A stretch of DNA of 64,000 nt from an uncultured Clostridia bacterium (GCA_947628775.1 CANRBI010000001.1:4730-68729), one strand, 5' to 3'. Positions 28,101 to 37,110 are shown, counted from the first letter of the stretch. The notes: generated from the letters alone by a model not told the origin. A program made the numbers and translations.

Positions 28101-30457
28101 AAGTAGGAACACATAATGTGCGAATAGATGAAATAACATTAAATGGAGCCCAAAGTCACAACTATAAACTAATACAACCAAATATAACAGATGTATCTGT
28201 AACTATTACAAATAAAGAACTAACAATTGTTGATATAATAGCTGAAAACAGACAATATAACAAAACAGATATAATAAATTTATCAGGAGGACAATTAGTA
28301 GGAATTGAAGAAGGAGATAATGTAGGATTTGTATTACCACAAACAGGACAATCAGTAGATATTATTGAAAATCAACCAGTATCAGCACCAAATGTAGGTG
28401 AACACTACGTAAAGATAGGTGAAATTAAGCTAATAGGAGAAAATGCATCTGAATACATATTAATAGCTCCTAAAACAACAGAAGTAAAAGTAACAATTAC
28501 ACCAAAAGATATAAATATTACTGAAATAAAAGCGGAAGACAGAGAATATGATAAAACAAATATAGTACAATTAAAAGGAGGACAACTAATAGGACTAGAA
28601 GAAGGAGATACAGTAAATTTTGTACTACCAGAAACAGGAACAATAGATGATGTAATAATAGGAAAATATAATGTACACATTCCAGAAATAAAATTAACAG
28701 AGGAACAGGCATACAATTATAACCTAATAGCACCACTATTTGAAGATGTATCAGTAACTATTACACAAAGAAAAATTAAACTAACAGATTTACAAGCAAT
28801 AGACAAAAAATATGATAAAAATGCAATAGTTAAATTAAAAGGAGAAACATTTGATAGAGCAATAGAAGGCGATGATGTAAAAGCAATAATTCCAGAAACA
28901 GGTATAGCAGAAAGCCCAGATGTAGGACAATGGAAAGTAGGAATGCAAAAAATAACACTAGAAGGAGCAGATAGTGACAATTATCAAATAATTCAACCAG
29001 AATATGGAGAAGTACTAGTAAATATATTTGATCCAGAAAAACCATTTATACATATGGAATCTGATGTAGTGGCAGTAAATGAAGACAAAATAGAAATTTC
29101 AGAACCTCAAGTAGATGAAGAAGGAAATGTTATATATGAAACTGATAAAAAAGCCATAGATGTAAGATATGGAGACGAAATAGCATTACAAATATCTGCA
29201 TATAATCAAGGGATTGGAGCTGGATATGTAAATGAAATACAAGTAGAACTTCCAGAAGGTTTAGAAATGCTAGATTCAGAAACAAATAAAGTAAACAAAT
29301 GGAAATCAACAAAAGACAATACATATACAACAACTAAACTTTCTTTTGAAGGAGGAGTAAAAAACGAAATTCCAGGAATGGAAGACAACATTTTAAGCGA
29401 AAAATCTCTAATACTTGAATGTAAAGTAACAGCAAAAGATATAAACACCAAAGAACTAATAATAAAAACAAAAGCAAACCAAGCAGATACTATAAATCAA
29501 ACAATAGAATATAATGAACAAAAAGAAGAACAAAACACAGTACAAGATGAAAACACAGTACAAGATGAAAACACAATACAAGATGAAAATACAGTTCAAG
29601 ATGAAAATATAATAGAACAAAAAGAAGATGAAGAAGACGAAGTTCAAGAAGTATCTAGAATATCACAACAATTAGAGGAGACTGAAATAAAAGCAGAAGA
29701 TGAAATACAAGAAAGAGAGCAAACAGAAGACACAGAAAATACAGAAGACCCAAATGATATCGAAGATACAGAAACAGAAGAAAAAGAAACAACAGAAATA
29801 TATAGCACATCAGAAACAAAATTAAATGTAAAATATACAGATTTTAGTATAAGTGCAAAAATAAAACATATATATAACATAACAGTAGGACAAGAAATAC
29901 CATCAAACCCAGAGCCAAACACAATAACGAAATTTGAAATACACAGAAAACAGATAGCTCAAACAAAAATACAAGTTATATATGAAGTAGCAGTTGAAAA
30001 TAAAGGAAACAGTGAAGGAGAAGTAGACAAGGTAATTGATTACTTGCCACAAGGTCTACAATTCCAACAATCTCAAAATCCTGATTGGACTTTATCAGAG
30101 CAAAACACAATAGAAACAACAGAATTTGGAACAATTAAACCAGGAGAAACAAAAACAAAAGAAATTATACTAAACTGGGACATGTCACAAACAGCAGGAA
30201 CAAAAGAAAATAAAGTAGTATTAACATCTATACATGATATAGACCAAAGAACAATATATGCTGATCCAAATAAAACATTAGAAAAAGAACAAATAAAGGG
30301 AAAAATTTTAGAAACAAACAATACTTCACAAACAACAGTAATAGGATCAGTAAAAACAGGTATACAAGTTTATATTACAATAATAGCATCATTATTATTA
30401 CTAATATTATTGCCAATAGTATTTTTAATAAAAAGAAAAAGAAATAATCTTTCTTAA
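25136..30457 (+). CDS. Giant cell-surface protein C (~1774 aa). Signal peptide, N-terminal β-sandwich-like region, four tandem MBG (YGX-type) domains, an acidic ENTVQD-repeat linker, a DUF11-like C-terminal module and the sorting signal IGSVKTG + TM + KRKRNNLS.
   Basis: ATG 25136 encodes MKTKTIKIISLILIILMVISMAFYVVDA. The track ORF begins at GTG 25127. There are four ~95-aa repeats of the form ITAEDRQYNKTD..NISGGQLVG.EEGD.VGF.LPQTGQ...NVGEH.V.I.EI.L.G..A..Y.L..P, which fit the MBG domain. The C-terminus DWTLSEQN...PGETKTKEIILNW...SVKTGIQVYITIIASLLLLILLPIVFLIKRKR is homologous to the family A C-termini. Confidence 0.8.
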   Translation: MKTKTIKIISLILIILMVISMAFYVVDAEDQNVTLSLTPKPKIDIVLAKAKTSLDLGNFEKDIKSKLSNEGIDTDDVKVSAIEANQEVLTTSFDWDQDLSKDIGDIKITNGGRDVEMIGNYSEEGKNAMWIIPDKQNQDQKFTFDYNIDFGDSFNAAGMLLKVKDNGNTLTGYMLSFNKSSKSWYSGSGNYNGAIWEFSYTKKANTYNVETKILKKGLDILTEGTLTVETTDTQIKVSGGGLSETAIYDIEKEFGNGYGFFSDHYSHGCDQYGSFKLTNINLQTESVKTFNEVLRSADWRDGAYKFLVNVDEKENEELANASTYGELATRLMNEGIYFVAWGNSKNETQFENLIKTNDDKGKFITNAGYTSNIEQTAKYIKSVLGTLQSSNYLIVNEPIKIGVEPPGILTGTIDEQWTTGKWMVKHDYEYYENNMGQFAQSNMYTDDFTTTFNKVGKYEITYKNVPINPTEIYVHRRPIALFDMAINETNVTLTDKSYDLDKESQDNGIKEKQWKWKEPSETSWHEGQLTTIDKTKEYIVQLRVKDFQETWSTPCNKYINLKLDNIKPIATFDFKNSEITPYDKLEITDNSYDPAGKTITNRKWEVFDKDNVSKYNSTTQKETYTDLTPGQYKMSLTVTNESGTQSETFSRYFTIVADSIAPEFVATPIESDWTKEVTVNLEFNDPGLSGFKNYKYEITTSQDKPSQYSNQSTNANDQITLDGTGIKYIHIITEDIAGNISANRIIGSYKLDNQPPEITVTADFQNAVVDKLQVNIKTDDPHSGMKSLKLDGNDLKSINDDTVEILKNGTYTITAEDQLGNTSTKQIQVNNINYECNAGLGHPNYSSSLDKCPICKLLEGVTVTNHEAVYDKTEKSLTYDNPNEAEIVEYYNGSTQKPIEEGSYTYVLKIKYNGTEYNTGISGTYTIHPKPITITSITAEDRQYNKTDVVNISGGQLVGVEQGDEVGFELPQTGQSVDVEGEQIIPVVEVGTHNVRIDEITLNGAQSHNYKLIQPNITDVSVTITNKELTIVDIIAENRQYNKTDIINLSGGQLVGIEEGDNVGFVLPQTGQSVDIIENQPVSAPNVGEHYVKIGEIKLIGENASEYILIAPKTTEVKVTITPKDINITEIKAEDREYDKTNIVQLKGGQLIGLEEGDTVNFVLPETGTIDDVIIGKYNVHIPEIKLTEEQAYNYNLIAPLFEDVSVTITQRKIKLTDLQAIDKKYDKNAIVKLKGETFDRAIEGDDVKAIIPETGIAESPDVGQWKVGMQKITLEGADSDNYQIIQPEYGEVLVNIFDPEKPFIHMESDVVAVNEDKIEISEPQVDEEGNVIYETDKKAIDVRYGDEIALQISAYNQGIGAGYVNEIQVELPEGLEMLDSETNKVNKWKSTKDNTYTTTKLSFEGGVKNEIPGMEDNILSEKSLILECKVTAKDINTKELIIKTKANQADTINQTIEYNEQKEEQNTVQDENTVQDENTIQDENTVQDENIIEQKEDEEDEVQEVSRISQQLEETEIKAEDEIQEREQTEDTENTEDPNDIEDTETEEKETTEIYSTSETKLNVKYTDFSISAKIKHIYNITVGQEIPSNPEPNTITKFEIHRKQIAQTKIQVIYEVAVENKGNSEGEVDKVIDYLPQGLQFQQSQNPDWTLSEQNTIETTEFGTIKPGETKTKEIILNWDMSQTAGTKENKVVLTSIHDIDQRTIYADPNKTLEKEQIKGKILETNNTSQTTVIGSVKTGIQVYITIIASLLLLILLPIVFLIKRKRNNLS
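27925..29035 (+). repeat. Four tandem ~285-nt coding repeats encoding MBG-type domains inside surface protein C.
   Basis: The repeated amino-acid blocks are (A/I)EDR(Q/E)Y(N/D)KT(D/N)...GGQL(V/I)G(V/I/L)E(Q/E)GD.V.F.LP(Q/E)TG; nucleotide identity between units is visible by eye. Confidence 0.7.
29533..29615 (+). repeat. Tandem 18-nt repeat (aacacagtacaagatgaa, about 4.5 units) encoding (ENTVQD)n.
   Basis: aacacagtacaagatgaaaacacagtacaagatgaaaacacaatacaagatgaaaatacagttcaagatgaaaat, in frame within the acidic linker of protein C. Confidence 0.8.
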
Positions 30458-30527
30458 AAAATAATTTTATATAATACATAACCAAAGGCTATAAACTGCT
30501 ATACAAAACATTGTTATTAACAATAAA

Positions 30528-30563
30528 AAGCACTCAAAATATAAAAAATATTTTGAGTGCTTT
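30528..30563. terminator. Bidirectional Rho-independent terminator between convergent genes (surface protein C and zupT).
   Basis: Stem aaagcactcaaaata / tattttgagtgcttt (15 bp) with loop taaaaaa, flanked by A/T runs on both sides. Confidence 0.7.
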
Positions 30564-30573
30564 AAAAATCAAA

Positions 30574-31335
30574 TTACAAATTCATTGCAAGTATACCCAA
30601 CAAAAATCCAAACATATTACCAATAGCAGACATTCTACCATTATACAACTTATTAGATTCTGGGATTAATTCACCAGACACAATATACAACATAGCACCA
30701 GCAGCAAAGCTAAGACAAATCGAAATAACTGTCACAGAAATTTTTCCCAAAATAGCCCCAAAAAAAGCACCAACACCAGTTGTAACCCCAGACAAAACAA
30801 CATAAAGAATTACCCTTAACTTCGACATTCCCCCATTCTTCATCGGCACAGCCATCGAAACACCCTCTGGTATATCATGTAAGCAAATAGCTATTGCTAA
30901 ACTTAACCCAAGTTTAATAGAAGCACCAAAACCAGAACCGATAGCAAGACCTTCAGGAAAATTATGTATAGCTAACCCAATAGAAACAACAATACCAGTT
31001 TTTAACAAGCTATGATTTTTATTTGAATTTTTATGTAACTCTTCAATCTTTTTATTATTAAATTTTTTTTCAACTAAAATATCACAAAAAATCATAGCTA
31101 TAATCCCAACAATTATACCTGTTAAAGCTATAGAAATAGAACTAATATCTAAAGCCTCTGGAATTAAATCAAAACAAATAATAGCCATCATAAGACCTGA
31201 AGCAAAAGACAAAATAAAACTCAAAAATTTATCCGAATTTTTTTTCAGCAACACCCCAATTACTCCACCTATAGTAGTTCCAAAAGTTCCAAAAAACAAT
31301 CCAACCAAACTAGTTCTCAAAATATCCAAAACCAA
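30574..31335 (-). CDS. zupT: ZIP-family zinc/metal transporter.
   Basis: 253 aa polytopic membrane protein with ZIP signatures HNFPEGLAIGSGF and HDIPEGVSMAVPM. Confidence 0.8.
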   Translation of the reverse strand: MVLDILRTSLVGLFFGTFGTTIGGVIGVLLKKNSDKFLSFILSFASGLMMAIICFDLIPEALDISSISIALTGIIVGIIAMIFCDILVEKKFNNKKIEELHKNSNKNHSLLKTGIVVSIGLAIHNFPEGLAIGSGFGASIKLGLSLAIAICLHDIPEGVSMAVPMKNGGMSKLRVILYVVLSGVTTGVGAFFGAILGKISVTVISICLSFAAGAMLYIVSGELIPESNKLYNGRMSAIGNMFGFLLGILAMNL

Positions 31336-31460
31336 AACCCCTTACATTATAACTTTATACATTTTATGGAACAATAAAACTTTTTATTCATATTACTTGC
31401 ATTTTAAAATTAAATATAGTAAAATACAAACAGAAATTTCAAAAAGAAAGAGGAATATAA

Positions 31461-33770
31461 ATGGTAAAAAGCGGTTTATTAGAAGGACTAAATGACAAAC
31501 AATATGAAGCAGTTGTCACTACAGAAGGACCATGCCTAGTAATAGCAGGAGCAGGTAGTGGAAAAACAAAAGTATTAACACACAAAATTGCATATTTAAT
31601 ACAAGAAAAACAAGTAAAACCATGGAATATATTAGCAATAACATTCACAAACAAAGCAGCAAATGAAATGAAAGAAAGGATAGCAAATTTAGTAGGAGAT
31701 CCAGCAAAAGACTTATGGATGGGAACATTTCACTCAATATGTGTACGAATACTAAGAAAATTTATAGACAGATTAGGATATGATACATCATTTATAATAT
31801 TTGACACAACAGACCAAAAAGCTGTTGTAAAAGGATGTATGAAAGAGCTAAATATAGATGATAAAACTATAACAGATAAAAGTATACAATATGAAATAAG
31901 TAATGCAAAAAACGACATGTTAACACCAGAAGAATATGAAAAAAGAGCAGCAAATGATTACAGGAAAGAAATAATTGCAAAGGTATATAACTTATACCAA
32001 AAAAGATTAAAAGAAAATAATGCTATAGATTTTGATGATATAATAAACCTAACAATAAAAGTATTAATGGAAAATGAAGATGTATTGCAATATTATGCAG
32101 GTAAATTTCAATATATATTAATAGATGAATATCAAGATACAAACAAATCACAATTTACATTAGTCACAATGTTATCAGCACTTAATGGAAATGTTACGGC
32201 AGTAGGAGATAGTGACCAAGGAATATACTCATTTAGAGGTGCGGATATAAGTAACATACTAAATTTCGAAAAAGATTTTCCAGGAACAAAAATTATAAAA
32301 TTAGAACAAAACTATAGATGTACAGGAAATATCCTAAAAGCTGCAAATAATGTAATAAAAAATAATGAAATGAAATACAAAAAAGATTTATGGACAAAAA
32401 ATGAAATAGGAACTTTGCCAAAAGTATATTCAGCAGATAATGAATATGATGAAGGGAGCTATATAGTACAAGAAATAAACAGACTAAAAAGAGAAGAATA
32501 TTTTAAATATTCTGATTTTGCAGTATTATACAGAATGAATACCCAATCAAGAGCAATAGAAGAAATACTTAGGAGAGAAAAAATACCTTACAAAATAGTA
32601 GGTGGAATGAAGTTCTATGAACGAAAAGAAATAAAAGACATAATATCATATTTAAGATTAATTCAAAATCCATCAGATAATATAAGTCTAAAAAGAATAG
32701 TAAATGAACCAAAAAGAGGAATTGGAAAAACAAGTTTAGACAATATAGAAAAAATATCAAATGAAAAAGCAATATCAATGTACGAAATAATTAAAAATGC
32801 TGACCAATATGGACTAAATAGAGTTTTCTTAAATTCTAGAGAATTTGTAAATTTAATTGAAGAATTTACACAAAAAAAAGAAGATATAGTTATTTCAGAA
32901 TTAATAACACAAATATTAAAAAAATCAGGATATATGAAAGCCTTAGAACTAGAAAAAACAGTAGAAGCGGAAAATAGAATTGCAAACTTAGAAGAATTCT
33001 TAAATGTAGCAATAGAATTTGAAGAAGAATCAGCAGATAATGGCTTAAGTGATTTTCTAGAAGGAATAACTCTAGCCAGTGACATAGATAATTTAGAAGA
33101 TACAGATGATACAGTTACTCTAATGACTCTGCACAGCGCAAAAGGACTAGAATTCCCAGCAGTATTTCTAGTAGGAATGGAAGAAGGAATATTTCCAGGA
33201 TACAAATCAATAGGAGAACCAAAAGAACTAGAAGAAGAAAGAAGATTGTGTTATGTTGGAATAACAAGAGCAAAACAATTTCTATTTTTAACATGTAGTA
33301 AACAAAGGACAGTATTTGGCTCAACAAGTTGCAATCCTGTATCACGATTCCTAAATGAAATACCAAAAGAATTATTAGAAGGATATGACGAAGCATTTGA
33401 ATCACAACAAAAAATAGATAATACATATAGTGATTCAAAATACAGTTGGACATATGGAGAAAAAAATGCTGAAAATATAAAAACATATAAAGTAGATACA
33501 AAACAAGCAGTTGCAGCTGCCAAAAAACCTTTTTCTTTCCAAAGAACTGCAGAAAGTTTCTTAAGTTCACTTGGAAAAAAACCATCAAATGAAAATATTG
33601 ATTTATCAGAATATGAACTAGGAGTAAAAGTATATCATAAAAGATTTGGTGAAGGAACAATAAGTTTAGTAGAACCAGAAGGAGAAGATTTAAAAGTAGA
33701 TATAGAATTTGATAAAGTAGGACATAAAAGACTAATGGCAAAATATGCAAATCTAGAAATAATAAAATAA
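31461..33770 (+). CDS. pcrA: ATP-dependent DNA helicase PcrA (UvrD family, SF1).
   Basis: LNDKQYEAVVTTEGPCLVIAGAGSGKTKVLTHKIAYLI (Walker A), DEYQDTN (motif II), and LEQNYRCTGNIL all match UvrD/PcrA; the protein is 769 aa, a typical length. RBS agagg precedes ATG 31461. Confidence 0.9.
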   Translation: MVKSGLLEGLNDKQYEAVVTTEGPCLVIAGAGSGKTKVLTHKIAYLIQEKQVKPWNILAITFTNKAANEMKERIANLVGDPAKDLWMGTFHSICVRILRKFIDRLGYDTSFIIFDTTDQKAVVKGCMKELNIDDKTITDKSIQYEISNAKNDMLTPEEYEKRAANDYRKEIIAKVYNLYQKRLKENNAIDFDDIINLTIKVLMENEDVLQYYAGKFQYILIDEYQDTNKSQFTLVTMLSALNGNVTAVGDSDQGIYSFRGADISNILNFEKDFPGTKIIKLEQNYRCTGNILKAANNVIKNNEMKYKKDLWTKNEIGTLPKVYSADNEYDEGSYIVQEINRLKREEYFKYSDFAVLYRMNTQSRAIEEILRREKIPYKIVGGMKFYERKEIKDIISYLRLIQNPSDNISLKRIVNEPKRGIGKTSLDNIEKISNEKAISMYEIIKNADQYGLNRVFLNSREFVNLIEEFTQKKEDIVISELITQILKKSGYMKALELEKTVEAENRIANLEEFLNVAIEFEEESADNGLSDFLEGITLASDIDNLEDTDDTVTLMTLHSAKGLEFPAVFLVGMEEGIFPGYKSIGEPKELEEERRLCYVGITRAKQFLFLTCSKQRTVFGSTSCNPVSRFLNEIPKELLEGYDEAFESQQKIDNTYSDSKYSWTYGEKNAENIKTYKVDTKQAVAAAKKPFSFQRTAESFLSSLGKKPSNENIDLSEYELGVKVYHKRFGEGTISLVEPEGEDLKVDIEFDKVGHKRLMAKYANLEIIK

Positions 33771-33788
33771 GAACTTGGGTCTTACTTT

Positions 33789-33828
33789 GCAATCAAAGAT
33801 TGCAGTGGGTATCCCCAGAACCTTGTTG
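33789..33828 (+). repeat. 40-bp dispersed intergenic repeat, copy 1; a perfect inverted copy lies at 63280..63319.
   Basis: gcaatcaaagattgcagtgggtatccccagaaccttgttg. It contains an internal palindrome gcaatc-aaa-gattgc. It sits between the pcrA stop and its terminator. Confidence 0.7.
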
Positions 33829-33848
33829 TCTTTGACAATAACAAAAAA

Positions 33849-33887
33849 CCTTGAACACATAAAACTAAATATGTGTCAAGGTTTTTT
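33849..33887 (+). terminator. Rho-independent terminator after pcrA.
   Basis: ccttgaacacat / atgtgtcaagg stem followed by tttttt. Confidence 0.65.
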
Positions 33888-33974
33888 AAATTTGTAAACA
33901 TATTATTAATTATGAATAAGAAAACAAATTATGGAAATAATAAAATAAGAAATTATATGAAAGGAAGGATAAAA

Positions 33975-34163
33975 ATGACAGACTTAAATCAAATTGAATT
34001 ACAACACTTAAGACATCTAATAGGAGCACACGAAACAGCATATCAAAAATTAAATGCATATTCAGCACAAGCTGTTGACCCACAAATAAAGCAACTATTT
34101 ACAAAATCAGCACAAGATGCACTAAACACAAAACAAAAACTAATGACATTTTTAAATAACTAA
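33975..34163 (+). CDS. Coat F domain (CotF-like) small spore coat protein (62 aa).
   Basis: MTDLNQIELQHLRHLIGAHETAYQKLNAYSAQAVDPQIKQLFTKSAQDALNTKQKL fits the Coat_F pattern (L..L..HE..Y..Y...A.DP.LK.LF). RBS aaaggaagga lies 5 nt upstream. The longer track ORF (33873) would read through the pcrA terminator. Confidence 0.6.
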   Translation: MTDLNQIELQHLRHLIGAHETAYQKLNAYSAQAVDPQIKQLFTKSAQDALNTKQKLMTFLNN

Positions 34164-34198
34164 AAAAATATTTATAAAGAATAGGAGGACAATTTATA

Positions 34199-34441
34199 AT
34201 GGATGAGAAAACAATGGTAAATGATATTTTAGGAAGTGTTAAAGCAGATTTAACAGCATATCAAACAGCAATATCAGAAGCTGAAAATATAGGACTTAGA
34301 CAAACATTTCAACAAATAAGAAACAATGACGAAAGTTTTCAATACGAATTATTCAAATTAGCACAAGCTAAAGGATATTATATACCAGCACAAAAAGCAA
34401 CTGTAACAGAAATAAATACTGTAAAAACAAATTTAAGTTAA
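34199..34441 (+). CDS. Second Coat F domain-like small spore coat protein (80 aa).
   Basis: RBS aggagga precedes ATG 34199. Sequence similarity and pairing with the upstream Coat F-like gene; C-terminal GYYIPAQ motif. Confidence 0.5.
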   Translation: MDEKTMVNDILGSVKADLTAYQTAISEAENIGLRQTFQQIRNNDESFQYELFKLAQAKGYYIPAQKATVTEINTVKTNLS

Positions 34442-34740
34442 AAAGGCAATTAACCAAAAGGTAAACTAAAAAACAAACACAGATAATTAACCAAATGGTA
34501 AATTATTTTTTTAATCATAACATTATCTTAATAAAAAGGCATTTTTTAAAGTTAAATAAAATATTTTAAAATTTAAAGAAAAAGTAAATAAAAAAGAGAT
34601 AAAAAGAAAAAAAGAGAAATAATTGAATATAATTCGAAATTATTTCTCTTGCAATTTAATTTACATTACAATATGATTACAATGAACCAAAAAATATTAC
34701 AAAAATATTACATAAGATATACGAAGGAGATAAAAGTGTT

Positions 34741-35739
34741 ATGTTTAAAAAAATATTGATACACACAAGAAGATCAATCAAATTCTTTATACTATTAGCA
34801 ATAGCAGTTTTTCTAATAGTAGGAATTGTAGCATATTTTTATAAACCGACATATAAGGTTACATTTAATGGAGAGCAAATAGGATATACATCAAATAAAG
34901 GAGAACTACAAAACAAAATAAATGATTACATAAAAAATGGTGATGGTCAAAATGTTGCATTTGTGCAAATAGACCAACTGCCAGAATATCAGTTATGTTT
35001 ATTAAAAAGAGGAATAGTAACAAATGATGATGAAATATATGAAAAAGTAAAATCACAAGGAAGTACATATTATCGTTATTATGCAATACTAGAAAATCAA
35101 GAAGAAAAGTTATATACATCAGATTTTGAACAAGCTGAAAACATAATAAATACATTAAAACAAAAAAATAGCACAAATATGGAAGCAATTTCAATAGCAG
35201 AAAAATATGAAACAGAACTAAAAGATTTCACAGGAGTAGATGAAGCTGTATCAAAATTATATGTAGAATCAAAACCAGACCCAATACAAACAGTAGCAGT
35301 AGCAAAAGCTACGGGAACAGTAAATACAGGTTACAATGTATCTGCTTCAAAAGTAAATTTAGGAATATCATTAATAAAACCAATATCAGGAATAATAACA
35401 TCAAGATTTGGAGCATCAAGTAGAATAAGATCATCAAATCATACAGGTTTAGATATTGCAACATCAAGAGGAACACCAATAAAAGCAGCAGCTGGAGGAA
35501 CAGTTAGTTTAGCAGGTAGAAAAGGTTCATATGGAAATATGGTAGTAATAACACATGGAAATGGAGTACAAACATATTATGGACATTGTGATTCATTACT
35601 TGTATCTGTAGGTCAAACAGTATCTCAAGGGCAAACTATAGCAACAGTTGGTTCTACAGGAAATTCTACAGGACCACATTTACACTTAGAAATAAGAGTA
35701 AATGGAGTAGCATATAACCCACAAAATTATTTATATTAA
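34741..35739 (+). CDS. Membrane-anchored M23-family metallopeptidase (LytM domain), possibly SpoIIQ-like.
   Basis: N-terminal TM segment FFILLAIAVFLIVGIVAYF. C-terminal M23 motifs HTGLDIA, GNMVVITHGNGVQTYYGH and GSTGNSTGPHLHLE; the HxxxD and HxH residues are intact. Confidence 0.75.
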   Translation: MFKKILIHTRRSIKFFILLAIAVFLIVGIVAYFYKPTYKVTFNGEQIGYTSNKGELQNKINDYIKNGDGQNVAFVQIDQLPEYQLCLLKRGIVTNDDEIYEKVKSQGSTYYRYYAILENQEEKLYTSDFEQAENIINTLKQKNSTNMEAISIAEKYETELKDFTGVDEAVSKLYVESKPDPIQTVAVAKATGTVNTGYNVSASKVNLGISLIKPISGIITSRFGASSRIRSSNHTGLDIATSRGTPIKAAAGGTVSLAGRKGSYGNMVVITHGNGVQTYYGHCDSLLVSVGQTVSQGQTIATVGSTGNSTGPHLHLEIRVNGVAYNPQNYLY

Positions 35740-35774
35740 ATAACAAACTTTCAAAAAAAGATTAAAATTAAAAA

Positions 35775-35806
35775 AAGTCCAGTGAGAAATCACTGGAACT
35801 TTTTTA
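35775..35806. terminator. Bidirectional terminator between the M23 peptidase gene (+) and mecA (-).
   Basis: aagtccagtga / tcactggaactt stem, with A-run upstream and T-run downstream. Confidence 0.65.
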
Positions 35807-35819
35807 TACTATTAAATAA

Positions 35820-36503
35820 TTATCCAAAATATTTTAAACCTGTTGAAATAGCCCTACTTTTCATTATACATTTTCCATATTCTTTAAGTTTAGCTTCAAA
35901 ATGATTGTCATGTGTACAAAAATCACTAAATTCACTTAAGCATGAATAAAATTGTAAAAGAGACTTATGTTTTAAATTTATACCATTTAAAACCAGATAA
36001 TATGTATTTTTATATAAGTAAACAGATGAAGAAGAAAGAAGTTTATATGTAGATATATGTGATAATTTTTTTAAGCTATTACAAAAAGAGCAAAAATCTT
36101 CAAAAATGTTAAACTTATATATACCAAAATTTGATTTAGGCAATTTATTTATTTTTCTTTTAACTTTTAAAGTTTTACCAAAAGGATTAGGCTTAGGGCA
36201 AGTAGTATCTTCATTTGTAATATCAACATCAATACTAATAGTATTTTTATCTTTCAAAGCTTCAAATTTAGTAATAGTAAAAACAATTACATCATCATTA
36301 GAATAAAAAGCTTCAATTAATAACTTATGTCCAATTGATTCAAAACCAACTTCCTTTTTAGCTCTTTCTAAAATTCCTAAGAACAAAGTTTGAGAAGTTA
36401 TAACTTTTGACATAATAGTATGAAGGTCTAAAGAAGTATCTTTCAAATCTTCTTTTTTTATAATAATACGTATTTTATTTTCAGTTAATTTTTCGAATTT
36501 CAA
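35820..36503 (-). CDS. mecA: Adaptor protein MecA (ClpCP adaptor / negative regulator of competence), TTG start.
   Basis: The C-terminal domain SSVYLYKNTYYLVLNGINL...FEAKLKEYGKCIMKSRAISTGLKYFG aligns with B. subtilis MecA (TTLYSFENRYYLYVDF...LEEYGKLIISEHALETIKKHF). RBS ggaggt lies 5 nt before the TTG (minus strand). Confidence 0.75.
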   Translation of the reverse strand: MKFEKLTENKIRIIIKKEDLKDTSLDLHTIMSKVITSQTLFLGILERAKKEVGFESIGHKLLIEAFYSNDDVIVFTITKFEALKDKNTISIDVDITNEDTTCPKPNPFGKTLKVKRKINKLPKSNFGIYKFNIFEDFCSFCNSLKKLSHISTYKLLSSSSVYLYKNTYYLVLNGINLKHKSLLQFYSCLSEFSDFCTHDNHFEAKLKEYGKCIMKSRAISTGLKYFG

Positions 36504-36852
36504 AATTTTACCTCCGTTCTAAATACTAAAAAATATATTCTTAATTATATTATACTACTATTTATAGTATAATGAAATACACAAAATCTGGTAAAACTAA
36601 TAATTAGTGACATATATTTTAAAATTCTATATTTTATATTAGCATATAATAAAAGATATTTAAAGTACTATATCATAATAAACAAAAAAAATAAAGTAAA
36701 ATCTCACAAATTACTTGAAAATTTTATTATTTCCATATATAATACGTTTAGTATTTCAAATTTGTGAAACCGTAAGAAAAGATTAATTTTTTAATTATAA
36801 AAATAAAAATAGAAAGGAGGAAATGTTAGCATAAAAGCTAACATAAATAAAA

Positions 36853-37110
36853 ATGGCTACAAGAGATAAAAATATATGGATATTATTAGTATTTATATTA
36901 TCAGGATTAGTAATAGGGGGCTTACTGGGAAAATTAGCAAGTAATATATCATGGCTATGGTGGTTATCATTTGAAGAAAGCTTTGGGCTACAAGACCCAC
37001 TAGTATTAGATTTAAGTGTTTTAAAATTAACATTTGGACTAGCATTTAGAATAAATGTTGCTAGTATAATAGGAATGGTACTTGCTATATTTATATACAG
37101 AAAAGTCTAA
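36853..37110 (+). CDS. DUF4321-family small membrane protein.
   Basis: 85 aa with two TM segments. This type is commonly found upstream of the radC-mreB cluster in Clostridia. A long AT-rich leader lies upstream. Confidence 0.5.
   Translation: MATRDKNIWILLVFILSGLVIGGLLGKLASNISWLWWLSFEESFGLQDPLVLDLSVLKLTFGLAFRINVASIIGMVLAIFIYRKV

Noticed and set aside
27925-29615. Tandem repeats as a possible CRISPR array.
   Set aside because: Repeat units are 285 nt and 18 nt, in frame inside a CDS, encoding MBG domains and ENTVQD hexapeptides. There are no spacer-like unique sequences and no cas genes.
33873-34163. Long form of the CotF-like ORF starting at 33873.
   Set aside because: Its 5' part runs through the pcrA terminator hairpin and has no RBS. 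ATG 33975 has a strong RBS and gives the typical ~60-aa Coat F protein.
36106-36306. 66-aa + strand ORF inside mecA.
   Set aside because: It is antisense to the well-supported mecA coding region and has no RBS.
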